DNA of 43,984 nt from a virus. Its lineage: Duplodnaviria; Caudoviricetes. Below, piece by piece: positions 17,726 through 26,001 of this stretch (position 1 is the first letter of the stretch; each line of letters begins with the position of its first letter). The DNA lies in the IMG/VR virus record IMGVR_UViG_3300037419_000748, positions 1-43,984 of that record; one strand, written 5' to 3'. The notes beneath the pieces are model-generated. The model was given only the letters and a program-made list of their open reading frames with translations, made no database searches and was not told the origin of the DNA. The translations under genes and the position numbers were made by a program.

Positions 17726-17866
17726 TCAGCGGTCGCAGTTGGTGTTCTTGGCCGGGACGTTCAGACCCCAGCCCAAGGCCCTACGCACTTCAGCCGGAGC
17801 AGGGGGAGGAGTCTTCGCCTGCTGGCGTTGCTGCATCCACTGCCTGATTTGTTCTTTGTTCGGCAT
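17726..17866 (-). CDS. Small protein (46 aa)
   Basis: MPNKEQIRQWMQQRQQAKTPPPAPAEVRRALGWGL; GGAG RBS. Confidence 0.65.
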   Translation of the reverse strand: MPNKEQIRQWMQQRQQAKTPPPAPAEVRRALGWGLNVPAKNTNCDR

Positions 17867-17878
17867 TTTCGACTCCGA

Positions 17879-18010
17879 TTAGTTGACGTTCAGGATCAAA
17901 GAAACTGCGTGTACAGCGTGGTCAATCGCCGTGAACAGAAATCGGCCGAGCACTGTCGCGCAGATCAGCATCACGAAGGACAGCAGCGCGTAGGTGATAG
18001 CGGTTTTCAT
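17879..18010 (-). CDS. Small membrane peptide (43 aa)
   Basis: MKTAITYALLSFVMLICATVLGRFLF... Confidence 0.5.
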   Translation of the reverse strand: MKTAITYALLSFVMLICATVLGRFLFTAIDHAVHAVSLILNVN

Positions 18011-18012
18011 GG

Positions 18013-18192
18013 CTAGTTGAACTTCATGGCCGGGACGTCGAACCCATCGGCCATCAGGTTCGCTTCCACGTGGTTTATGATCGGGTTCTCGCGCCAGGCC
18101 TTCGAGAAGCGGAAGCCGGTCAGGCGCATCACGGGCGCCGCGATCACGGCCATCGCGCGCATGGGCTTGTAGTGGGTTTTGCTGACGTCCAT
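18013..18192 (-). CDS. First gene of pL operon (59 aa)
   Basis: MDVSKTHYKP...; GAGGAG RBS downstream of pL. Confidence 0.6.
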   Translation of the reverse strand: MDVSKTHYKPMRAMAVIAAPVMRLTGFRFSKAWRENPIINHVEANLMADGFDVPAMKFN

Positions 18193-18232
18193 GATTTGCT
18201 CCTCACTGTTATCTTGTGCTGAACCAATGACT

Positions 18233-18263
18233 CCAGTTTAGTGTGGACTAAACTGGTCGTCAA
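18233..18263 (-). promoter_or_regulatory. pL-like promoter with repressor operator
   Basis: -35 TTGACG, 17 bp, -10 TAAACT; palindrome CCAGTTTAGT-GTGG-ACTAAACTGG (GTTTAG-N6-CTAAAC, also at oR). Confidence 0.8.
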
Positions 18264-18313
18264 GCGAAATATAAACAGTTTAGAGAAAATTTGGCTTGGA
18301 TTGCAACAGGCGT

Positions 18314-18335
18314 AAAAAAACCCGCGATTGCGGGT
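18314..18335 (-). terminator. Rho-independent terminator ending the cI/arc transcript before pL
   Basis: CCCGC-AATC-GCGGG-T7 on the minus strand. Confidence 0.8.
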
Positions 18336-18452
18336 CGGTGCGTGCCAACTATTTTCTTTAAGTCAATATCTTGTGACTCGTCCTTTGATGGAAATCAGTG
18401 TTTCCGACGCTACATTGTAAAGTAGCCTTCCGGTTTAGAATGCTATACACTA

Positions 18453-18468
18453 CTGTTCATATATACAG
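18453..18468. promoter_or_regulatory. LexA (SOS) box
   Basis: CTGT-TCATATAT-ACAG, near consensus; preceded by -10-like TGcTATACACT. Confidence 0.8.
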
Positions 18469-18577
18469 TGGTTCTGAACCAAAAAGCCAAGGAACATCGG
18501 TGCCGGTACCTCCGGCACACCCTTCGATATGACGCCAAGGACATCTAATAGTGTTTGCGATGGAACGGCTGCCAGAG

Positions 18578-18793
18578 CTATGCGAGCAGCTGGCGAATCA
18601 GCGATTTCATCTCCGCGACTTCGCTGCTCAGCCTGGCAAGCTCATCCGCCTTGAACGAGGCCTGCAGTCTTGCAACGATTTCCGCGTTGAGTGACACGCC
18701 GCGAGCATCCGCTGCAGCCTGGATCTCATCATTAAGCGCACGGGGAAGACGAAGTGTCTTCTTGACTAGTTCTTGGTTTTTGGAAATTTCCAT
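18578..18793 (-). CDS. Arc-family ribbon-helix-helix DNA-binding protein
   Basis: KTLRLPRALNDEIQAAADARGVSLNAEIVARL. Confidence 0.85.
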   Translation of the reverse strand: MEISKNQELVKKTLRLPRALNDEIQAAADARGVSLNAEIVARLQASFKADELARLSSEVAEMKSLIRQLLA

Positions 18794-19030
18794 CGCGCGA
18801 TTTTGCGCGACAGGAGAAGAAAGTGTTGTTTTTGGTGGCGCATATGCCACCAGAATCCGGCATAAAACGTAAAATCGATTTTGCCGTCAAGTATGCTTTC
18901 TACAGGGAAGCGATGTTTTTCGGCTATCAAAAATCGAAAGTAAAACGGGAATGCCTCTCTATTTCCGTTTATGTAACATTTAGATTTCTATAGCATTTAA
19001 TTCTTAGTTGCCATCCGTATAAGAGACACC

Positions 19031-19270
19031 ATGCCAAATAAGACTGAGCGGTGGAATGCAGCTTTCGCCTCGATGGATGATCGTGCGCAGGATGAGATTT
19101 TGCGATGGGCCGAGCAAATGGCCCAGGATCACCCCCGGAAACAGGTTGGCAGACGCAAGCAGGATACCCTGCTAACCCTCGTTGCCTCGAACGTTCTGGC
19201 TCGGCCGGCACAAGGTCTCGGCCAGGCGGAGCATGTCCGACCGGCCACGCTCATCAGTTCTGTGAAATAA
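19031..19270 (+). CDS. Small protein resembling the CI C-terminal helix pair; candidate antirepressor
   Basis: RWNAAFASMDDRAQDEILRWAEQM aligns to CI RLLELFHRTDERGRSDMLRLAETL. Confidence 0.6.
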   Translation: MPNKTERWNAAFASMDDRAQDEILRWAEQMAQDHPRKQVGRRKQDTLLTLVASNVLARPAQGLGQAEHVRPATLISSVK

Positions 19271-19552
19271 CTCAAGCAATCGGATGGCCTGGAGAAGCGT
19301 GTCAGGGGCCTGCGCATGATGCAGGTGAGAGTTCATGTTGCTCGACGCTGGCTCTTGGTTATCTGGGGCGTCGACGGTATCTAGAAACATCTCGCCCATG
19401 CCGTAAGTGTTTTCTAGGCGTCGCGCCGCGCGCTCACCGAAGGGATTGCCTTCCTTCAGGAGCTGGGAGATGTAGCTCTTTTCCTTGGGCGGGATGGATC
19501 GCGTCGCGAACCACTCTCGCAGCCTTGCTCGGCGGATGTCTTGGATTTGCAT
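19172..19552 (-). CDS. cI: CI-like repressor (126 aa), no S24 peptidase domain, probably leaderless
   Basis: IRRARLREW....SYISQLL...FGERAARRLE...G..FLD HTH; divergent from cro; TTGCTT-17-CACAAT places +1 at the ATG. Confidence 0.8.
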   Translation of the reverse strand: MQIQDIRRARLREWFATRSIPPKEKSYISQLLKEGNPFGERAARRLENTYGMGEMFLDTVDAPDNQEPASSNMNSHLHHAQAPDTLLQAIRLLELFHRTDERGRSDMLRLAETLCRPSQNVRGNEG

Positions 19553-19563
19553 CCTAGTATTGT

Positions 19564-19629
19564 GATTAGCATTCCCTAAACAAGCAAATACTTGACTTCG
19601 TGCGCCTTGTGGTTTAGAGTGCTCTAAAC
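19564..19629. promoter_or_regulatory. oR region: two operators and pR
   Basis: GATTAG-N6-CTAAAC (19564-19581), GTTTAG-N6-CTAAAC (19612-19629); TTGACT-17-TAGAGT. Confidence 0.75.
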
Positions 19630-19659
19630 TAGTTAAGTTTTCTTTCGAAAAGAGGTCGC

Positions 19660-19911
19660 ATGAAGCTCCGTGAATACCTGAATGCAGAGCGCGGCTCGTC
19701 GGCGCGCCTGGCTGCTCAACTTGAAGTCTCACCGTCGTACCTTTCACAAATGGCAGCGGGGGATGCCGCGATCTCGCCGGCGCGCTGCGTGCTGATCGAA
19801 CAGTACACCGACGGTGCCGTTACGCGCCGTGATCTGCGCCCAAAAGACTGGATGGACATCTGGCCCGAGATCAGGCCGGCGCGGAAACAGCAATGCAGCA
19901 GGGCTTCGTAG
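19660..19911 (+). CDS. cro: Cro/YdaS-family regulator
   Basis: LAAQLEVSPSYLSQMA.G...ISPARC..IE..TDGAVTRRDLRP.DW..IWPE. Confidence 0.9.
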   Translation: MKLREYLNAERGSSARLAAQLEVSPSYLSQMAAGDAAISPARCVLIEQYTDGAVTRRDLRPKDWMDIWPEIRPARKQQCSRAS

Positions 19912-20046
19912 CCCTGATTGCAGATTAGTCGTTGCAACAACCTTTTTAAAGCAGTCCCTGAAGTCGTGTAGCACGGTTCACAAAAACAGTACCAGCAACG
20001 CCAGGCAACAGCAGTCACTTCCTTGTAGCACCGCTTTATAGGAGTA

Positions 20047-20307
20047 GTGATGAAGAGCAGGAAGAGCGTAGTTGTTAAAGCTTTGTTCAGCGTCGACCAA
20101 TTCATGGCGCTGGACGAAGAGTGCACTGATGCAGACCTATCACATAGCGAGCTCCTTCGAGAGTTAGCGAATGCTTGGGTACAGCAGCGTCAGTCTACTA
20201 AAGCCGGGAACCAGGGTAAATGGGCAGTCACTGGCCAGAAACTGGCCATTCCAAACGCCCACTCCCGGGTGAACTATGGCATCGCCCCCGTGCGCCTGAG
20301 GGTTTGA
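20047..20307 (+). CDS. Putative regulator at the cII position (RHH-like)
   Basis: VVVKALFS...ALDEEC...LSHSELLRELA; AGGAG RBS. Confidence 0.55.
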   Translation: MMKSRKSVVVKALFSVDQFMALDEECTDADLSHSELLRELANAWVQQRQSTKAGNQGKWAVTGQKLAIPNAHSRVNYGIAPVRLRV

Positions 20308-20374
20308 CGACGCTCGATACACGTGGCAGGACCGCCGGGAATTTTCGTAAGCGAGAGCAGGCGGGAACAGATAA

Positions 20375-20629
20375 GTGACACAACAAGACGGCCCGCCATC
20401 GAGCGGGCCCAACAAGTCCGAACGCAGCAGGGGATCTATGGAACCGGAGACGTCATCTATGTCGAAAGCCGAACAACGTGTAATTCACTGCGCGATCGCG
20501 TGGCGAGAGACGGAGAAATCCGCCATTGGCGCCCCGGATGGCGAAAAGAGCGCCGCCAACGAGAAGTATTCGGAAGCAAAGCGAAATCTGCGGAAAGCCG
20601 TGGACCATCTTACTAGGGGCAAGCCATGA
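20375..20629 (+). CDS. Hypothetical protein
   Basis: ATGA-coupled to next gene; start uncertain. Confidence 0.55.
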   Translation: MTQQDGPPSSGPNKSERSRGSMEPETSSMSKAEQRVIHCAIAWRETEKSAIGAPDGEKSAANEKYSEAKRNLRKAVDHLTRGKP

Positions 20630-20934
20630 CGAACGAATGCCGTTCCGACAGCCGGAACGAAGTGCTGCAAATGGTCAGGACGAGCCAGGGCATCACGGCG
20701 GGACAGATCCAAGAAGAAGTTGGCCTGTCGAATCGCCAGGTCCTGAAGATCCTGTCGGACCTGACGGACGAAGGCGTCATCAGCTGGAAGATGCTCCGGC
20801 CGAAAGGCGGTATCAGACGCTCGCCGCGTCGCAGCTACTTCATCACGGCGCGGCACGACACGACGATCCCGGCGGCTTGGGACGTCCTGGCGCACTTCTT
20901 CGGCCGCATCGCAGCAGAACCCGCAATCGTTTGA
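20626..20934 (+). CDS. Winged-helix protein
   Basis: GITAGQIQEEVGLSNRQVLKILSDLTDEGVI. Confidence 0.7.
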   Translation: MTNECRSDSRNEVLQMVRTSQGITAGQIQEEVGLSNRQVLKILSDLTDEGVISWKMLRPKGGIRRSPRRSYFITARHDTTIPAAWDVLAHFFGRIAAEPAIV

Positions 20935-21069
20935 TCGAGCACCGATGGCGCCGCAGCTGTGGCGCCATCCCCTAACGCCCGTAGGAGGCACCATGCATCG
21001 CCGACCCGACAACAGCTTCGAGCGCTTCACGCAAGCGCATCGCCGTATCGTTTCGGTGCGGGGGATGCC

Positions 21070-21525
21070 ATGAGTGTCCTGCCACTAAAACGCTCTTCCA
21101 CGCTGAAGCAGAAGACGCCACTGGTGCGCAAGACGGCCATGAAGCGCAGCGGCTTCCTGCGCATGGATCACTCGAAAGAGCACGTCACCAAGAAGCCGGT
21201 CGGCCTCAAATCACGCGGCCCGAAGATGACGCCAATTCGCCGCGCGGCACGAGGCCAGGACTGCCAACTGCAGATTCTCGGCGTGTGCAACGGCGACTCC
21301 ACCACGACCGTCCTGTGCCACTCCAACCGACTAGCTGACGGCAAGGGCATGGGACTGAAGGCTCCCGATACCGAAGCCTGTTTCGGTTGCTCATCCTGCC
21401 ATGAAATTCTGGACGGCCGTGCCCCGCGACCGGCCGGCATGTCGATGGACGACGTGCAGCGTCTCTTCGATTACGCGCGCGATCGCACGCACGTCATCCT
21501 GCGCGCAATGGGGCTCATGCCATGA
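21070..21525 (+). CDS. DUF1364/YbcO-like nuclease
   Basis: IRRAARGQDCQLQILGVCN....TTVLCH...GKGMGLK.PD....FGCSSCH..LDG. Confidence 0.88.
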   Translation: MSVLPLKRSSTLKQKTPLVRKTAMKRSGFLRMDHSKEHVTKKPVGLKSRGPKMTPIRRAARGQDCQLQILGVCNGDSTTTVLCHSNRLADGKGMGLKAPDTEACFGCSSCHEILDGRAPRPAGMSMDDVQRLFDYARDRTHVILRAMGLMP

Positions 21526-21944
21526 GAACGAAAACCGTAAAACGCTTCTGGTGCGACTTCTGCAACCGCGCCGGCCTTCGTGCTCACTCGATGATCAAGC
21601 ACGAGCGCCATTGCACGATGAACCCGGCGCGCGCGTGCCGCACCTGTCGGCTGATCGACGGTGGTAACGGTACGGACGCCGAGGGCTTGCGTGCTCTGAT
21701 CGCAATCTTGCCATCTGGCCCCGTGCCGGAATTGGGTGACGAGCTTGACGCCTTTCTGGAGACGGTTGACGCCGCAATCCCGAAGCTGCGCGAGGCTGCT
21801 GGTGGGTGCCCGGCCTGCATGTTGGCCGCTATCCGTCAGGCAGGCATCCCGGTGCCTGCAATCCAGAGCTTCGACTTCAAGAAGGAAATGGCAGAAGTAC
21901 TGCGCTGCTATGCGGTTGAGCACATGAACACGGGGTACTACTGA
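21522..21944 (+). CDS. Cys-rich hypothetical protein
   Basis: CDFC...HERHC..NP.R.CRTC...CPAC. Confidence 0.7.
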   Translation: MRTKTVKRFWCDFCNRAGLRAHSMIKHERHCTMNPARACRTCRLIDGGNGTDAEGLRALIAILPSGPVPELGDELDAFLETVDAAIPKLREAAGGCPACMLAAIRQAGIPVPAIQSFDFKKEMAEVLRCYAVEHMNTGYY

Positions 21945-21945
21945 C

Positions 21946-22173
21946 ATGCTGACCTACGAAGTCAAAGGCCCGACCGAAAGCGGTCACTACCTCGTCGGCT
22001 ACCCGACGCCGGGCGCCCCGCAAGTGTTCACCTTGGCCGGCTGCGCAACAAGCGTAGCAACAGCGCAACGCGAATGCGACCGCCTGAACGAAGAACAGGT
22101 AGTTGAGCGTCGCGTCGATCTGGTCCGCGCGGCGAACTTCCTGCCGCTGGACCTGGATAGGGGCGAACCGTGA
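21946..22173 (+). CDS. Hypothetical protein
   Basis: Tightly packed ORF. Confidence 0.6.
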   Translation: MLTYEVKGPTESGHYLVGYPTPGAPQVFTLAGCATSVATAQRECDRLNEEQVVERRVDLVRAANFLPLDLDRGEP

Positions 22174-22685
22174 ACAAGGCTAAGCATCAAGCCGCACGGC
22201 CGGCACCGGAATGGCTCGCACGAATTTGCTACGACCCGGCATCAGGCGAGTTCACCTGGGCATGCTCTGATCGAGGGATAACCAAGGGGAAACCAGCTGG
22301 TTCCAGAACAGCGGACGGGTATATCCAGGTAAAGCTAGGGCGGTCGACATATCGTGCGCATCGCCTCGCGTGGCTCGTCGTACATGGCGAGTGGCCGCAG
22401 GGCGAGATAGATCATATCAATGGCGACCCGATCGATAACCGCATTGCGAATCTGCGTGTCGTCGATCGCGCGCAGAACTCTCAGAACCGCTGGAGAGCGC
22501 ATCGGGACAACAAGTCTTGTGGACTCCTTGGGGTGGCGTGGAATAAGCAGCATAAGCGCTGGCAAGCGAAGATCGTGGCGAACAAAGTTCGTTACCACCT
22601 TGGGTATTTCGACGATCCGCAACTGGCTCACGAAGCTTACATCTCAGCCAAGAAGCGACTTCACGTGCACGGAGGCTGCCATTAA
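22170..22685 (+). CDS. HNH endonuclease with AP2 DNA-binding domain
   Basis: YRAHRLAW....G.WP..EIDHING...DNRIANLR; GVAW.K..KRWQAKI......LGYF.....AH.AY. Confidence 0.92.
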   Translation: MNKAKHQAARPAPEWLARICYDPASGEFTWACSDRGITKGKPAGSRTADGYIQVKLGRSTYRAHRLAWLVVHGEWPQGEIDHINGDPIDNRIANLRVVDRAQNSQNRWRAHRDNKSCGLLGVAWNKQHKRWQAKIVANKVRYHLGYFDDPQLAHEAYISAKKRLHVHGGCH

Positions 22686-23499
22686 CTTCTATCCTTTCCA
22701 TCTGGGCGATTACGCGGCCCACACGCGCCACCTGAGCCTCATGGAAGACCTGGCCTACCGCCGCATGCTCGACCTGTACTACACAGCCGAGGCACCTTTG
22801 CCGGCCGACCCCGCAAAGGTGGCACGTCTGATCGGCATGCGCGATCACATGCAAGAGGTGTGCGACGTGCTGTCTGAATTCTTTGTGAAATCAGAGGCGG
22901 GTCACACCAGCGCACGTTGCGAGCGCGAGATCGAGGTCTACAAGGCGAAGGCGGAGCGCGCGAAATCCGCCAACAAAGCGCGTTGGAGTCCTAAGCAGTC
23001 CGACGATGGATCAAACAAGGATCTGAAATCAGATGCGAAATCAGATACTAAGTCTGATGAGAAGTCTGATCTGAAATCAGATACGGATCAGGTCCCAACC
23101 AATAACCAAGAACCATTAAAAGAAATACCCCCCATACCCCCCAAGGGGGGCGAAGAGGCCAAGCAAGACGAAGGGCCGAAACGCAAAGCAGCCATCTCGT
23201 TGCAGACCTACCTCGACGACTGCCGCAAAGCCGGCATCAAGGCCATCCCTGAGGGTCATGCCGTTTTTGCCTACGCCACGAGGGTCGGCATACCCGACGA
23301 GTTCCTGCGGCTGCACTGGTACGAGTTCAAGGACCGCTACACGATGCCCGACGCCAAGCGCTACAAGTCCTGGGCGACGGTGTTCCACAAGTCAGTGAAG
23401 GGCAACTGGTTCCGGCTCTGGCGCGCCGCGAACGACGGTTCGTACGTCCTGACGACAGAGGGCCAGCAGGCGCAACGAGATCACGGGGAGGCAGCATGA
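22681..23499 (+). CDS. Replication initiator, DUF1376/YdaU family, apparent ATT start
   Basis: (M)NFYPFHLGDYAAHTRHLSLMEDLAYRRMLDLYY; GGAGG 5 nt before ATT; internal iterons; followed by DnaB. Confidence 0.88.
   Translation: MNFYPFHLGDYAAHTRHLSLMEDLAYRRMLDLYYTAEAPLPADPAKVARLIGMRDHMQEVCDVLSEFFVKSEAGHTSARCEREIEVYKAKAERAKSANKARWSPKQSDDGSNKDLKSDAKSDTKSDEKSDLKSDTDQVPTNNQEPLKEIPPIPPKGGEEAKQDEGPKRKAAISLQTYLDDCRKAGIKAIPEGHAVFAYATRVGIPDEFLRLHWYEFKDRYTMPDAKRYKSWATVFHKSVKGNWFRLWRAANDGSYVLTTEGQQAQRDHGEAA
23021..23130. repeat. Probable replication origin: 12-bp-period iterons plus A-rich tract
   Basis: ATCTGAAATCAGAT at 23021 and 23069 with AAATCAGAT/AAGTCTGAT units between (KSD repeats), then AACCAATAACCAAGAACCATTAAAAGAAATA. 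Confidence 0.7.
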
Positions 23500-24836
23500 T
23501 CGACCAATTCAACATCGAAGCCGAGCAGGCCGTCCTGGGAGCCATCCTGCGCGACAACGACGCGTTCGACCAGATCCCAGAACTGGATGCTGGCCACTTC
23601 TTCCGTGGCGACCACCGGACCATCTTTGCCGAGATCACGACGCAACTCGCCGCCGGCAAGCGCGTCGACGCGATCACGCTGGCCGAGCGCCTGGACGGGG
23701 AACTGTTCCCGTACCTGGGCCAGTTGCACGCCTCGGCGCCGAGCAGCGCGAAGATCGCCTACCACGCCGGCATCGTGATCGAGAAGGCGACGAAGCGCGC
23801 CTTGCATGCCCTGTCGATCGATCTGGCTGCCGATGCCGAATCTGGCAAGGACAGCACGGAGTGCATCGCTGACGCCGCCGCGAGGCTGGATGCGATGGGT
23901 CAGCGCAGGATGACGAAGAGCCCGCGGCGCCTTGACGAAACGCTGCACGAATACCTGACCCTGCTGCAGCATCGCATGGAAGGGAAGATTCGCCCGATTC
24001 CGACCGGCTATCAGCACGTGGACGAGATGCTTGATGGGGGGCTCGAGCGCGGGACGTTGACCGTCATCGCCGGCCGCCCCGGCACTGGCAAGACCGCCGC
24101 CGGCTTGGGGATCTGCCGCAATGCTGCGCGCGACTACTCCTCTCTGTTCCTGTCGATGGAGATGTCGACGAACCAGGTCAACGACCGCAACATCGCGGCG
24201 CTTGCCCGGGTCGACATGAGGTGGCTGCGCCGACCGGGTGAGGGTCACGACGACACGGCGCGTTGGGAGGCCATCACGGCGGCGACGATCAACTCGCGCA
24301 ACCTGAACTTGTTCATCGACGATCAGACCGGGTTGAGCATCCCCGAGATCCGCGCGAAGGCCCGTCAAATCAAACGCCAGCGCGGCCTGGACATGCTCTG
24401 CATCGACCAGCTGTCGTTCATCACCGGATCCAAGTCCGACAAGCTCCACGAGGCGATGGGCGAGTACACGCGCGGCCTGATCGCCATCGGCAAGGAACTG
24501 GACGTCGTGATCATCCTGCTGGCCCAGTTGAACCGCGAGTGCGAGAAGCGCACCGACAAGCGCCCGATCATGTCCGACCTCGGCGTGTCCGGCTACATCG
24601 AGCAGGACGCCGCCAACATCATCTTCCTGTACCGCGACGAATTGTGGAACCCGGAGACGCAGGACAAAGGCATCTGCGAATGGATTGGCGCGAAGCAGAG
24701 ACAAGGATGCCCTGGCGTCGTTGGCTTGCAATACATCGGCGCGCAGACGCGGTTCGAGGACTTGCCGTATCGCTGGCACCGCCGGGCACCGCAACCCGGG
24801 CCGCGTCTGGCATCGAACCGCGGCGGATTCAACTGA
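23496..24836 (+). CDS. dnaB: Replicative DNA helicase, DnaB family
   Basis: EAEQAVLGAIL; GRPGTGKT; SMEM; LAQLNR..E.R.DKRP..SDL..SG.IEQDA; KQRQG. Confidence 0.96.
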   Translation: MIDQFNIEAEQAVLGAILRDNDAFDQIPELDAGHFFRGDHRTIFAEITTQLAAGKRVDAITLAERLDGELFPYLGQLHASAPSSAKIAYHAGIVIEKATKRALHALSIDLAADAESGKDSTECIADAAARLDAMGQRRMTKSPRRLDETLHEYLTLLQHRMEGKIRPIPTGYQHVDEMLDGGLERGTLTVIAGRPGTGKTAAGLGICRNAARDYSSLFLSMEMSTNQVNDRNIAALARVDMRWLRRPGEGHDDTARWEAITAATINSRNLNLFIDDQTGLSIPEIRAKARQIKRQRGLDMLCIDQLSFITGSKSDKLHEAMGEYTRGLIAIGKELDVVIILLAQLNRECEKRTDKRPIMSDLGVSGYIEQDAANIIFLYRDELWNPETQDKGICEWIGAKQRQGCPGVVGLQYIGAQTRFEDLPYRWHRRAPQPGPRLASNRGGFN

Positions 24837-24841
24837 CGAGA

Positions 24842-25589
24842 CCATTTCGCGCGAGAGCGCATCCACGAGGAGATAAGAGCAATGAACGCACCTGAGCAAG
24901 TATCGCTGGAAGGAATCCCCGAGCAAGAGCTGGCCGCCCACATGATCGCCCGTGTGAGCGCGGTAGCCGTCAAGCTCGTTTTCCCATTCGCCGCCGTGCA
25001 GGATATCCGCTACTACCTGAATGGCATCAACATCCGCCCGCTGGAGGATGGGACGGTGATGATCGTGGCAACGAACGGCCACCGCTACATCGTCGTGCGT
25101 GATCCGAACGGCTTTGCCGAGCGCGAGATCATCGTGAGCATCAGCAAGGACGCGCTGAAACACGCCACCAATGCCAAGCACACGCTGGACGTGATGTCGA
25201 ATGGCTCTGCAATGTTCTCCGGCGATGTGGCGCAGCCGCTGTTCATCCAGCCCGGGAATTCAATCATAGAAGCAGATTTCCCGCGCATCGAACGCGTGGC
25301 CAGCACGCTTGGATACAAGGAAGGGATTGCCGGCGCAGTCAATCCAACGTATCTCGCTGACGCGCTGGCGATCGCCAAGAGCTTTGGTAACTCGATTCGC
25401 TTCTTCACGCGTGACGGCGACAGTCCGCTTAACTTCGTGCTCGGTGGACTGGGTGACCTGGAATGCTTCGGCGGGATCATGAAGCTGCGTGACTCCTTCG
25501 ATGCACTGCCGGCGTGGTTCCCGATTCCAGGCGAGGTCGAGACGCTTGCCGACGTCTGACCGGCAGAGCCCATTTCGCGCGCAAGCGCA
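24842..25589 (+). repeat. 20-bp direct repeats (24842-24861, 25570-25589) flanking the clamp-like gene
   Basis: CCATTTC-GCGC-GAGA-GCGC-A and CCATTTC-GCGC-GCAA-GCGC-A. Confidence 0.7.
24882..25559 (+). CDS. DNA polymerase III beta-clamp-like protein (short, ~2 domains)
   Basis: QDIRYYLNG, VATNGHR, FPRIERV, VNPTYLAD resemble DnaN motifs. Confidence 0.8.
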   Translation: MNAPEQVSLEGIPEQELAAHMIARVSAVAVKLVFPFAAVQDIRYYLNGINIRPLEDGTVMIVATNGHRYIVVRDPNGFAEREIIVSISKDALKHATNAKHTLDVMSNGSAMFSGDVAQPLFIQPGNSIIEADFPRIERVASTLGYKEGIAGAVNPTYLADALAIAKSFGNSIRFFTRDGDSPLNFVLGGLGDLECFGGIMKLRDSFDALPAWFPIPGEVETLADV

Positions 25590-25620
25590 GCCAACCAAAG
25601 CATCTACCTGAAAGGCAGAC

Positions 25621-25776
25621 ATGAAAATCGAAACTATCCGCGACACCTTAAACGCTCTCACACCGGTCACGAAGCTGCTGTATGCCGCGTTGGTTGGACT
25701 GAACGTGCACAACGGGGATTACGGCTTGGCTGCGTTCTTTGCCTGCTTGTTTCTGGACGCGGCGCTGGACGACTGA
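25621..25776 (+). CDS. Small hydrophobic protein (51 aa)
   Basis: MKIETIRDTLNAL...; AAGG upstream. Confidence 0.5.
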   Translation: MKIETIRDTLNALTPVTKLLYAALVGLNVHNGDYGLAAFFACLFLDAALDD

Positions 25777-25832
25777 GTATGAACCCGCCCGTACACAGGG
25801 CGGCAACAACAACGATACGGGGATCCTGAACT

Positions 25833-25991
25833 ATGAGCAAAGTGAACGTATGGAACACGATGGGAGACATCCTGAAGCAGTTCGACACTGTCGATGAGGC
25901 CGAAGAGTGGATCGCGGAGTGCGAGTACGAAGAGCTACATCGCACCGAGAAAAACGGCGATACGAACATCGCGGTTCTGGAATCGCTTTGA
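25833..25991 (+). CDS. Small acidic protein (52 aa)
   Basis: MSKVNVWNTMG...FDTVDEAEEWI. Confidence 0.5.
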   Translation: MSKVNVWNTMGDILKQFDTVDEAEEWIAECEYEELHRTEKNGDTNIAVLESL

Positions 25992-26001
25992 GGAGCCGAG
26001 C

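Noticed and set aside
19553-19747. N-terminal extension of CI (191-aa ORF)
   Set aside because: Runs across the operators and into cro; the HTH starts at MQIQDIRR
22420-22680. Upstream ATG giving a 359-aa initiator
   Set aside because: Overlaps the HNH gene for 260 bp; family similarity and the SD begin at 22681
23481-25181. 566-aa minus-strand ORF (likewise 35003-36307, 13840-15210, 9648-10703)
   Set aside because: Antisense shadows of well-supported genes, expected in GC-rich DNA; no motifs
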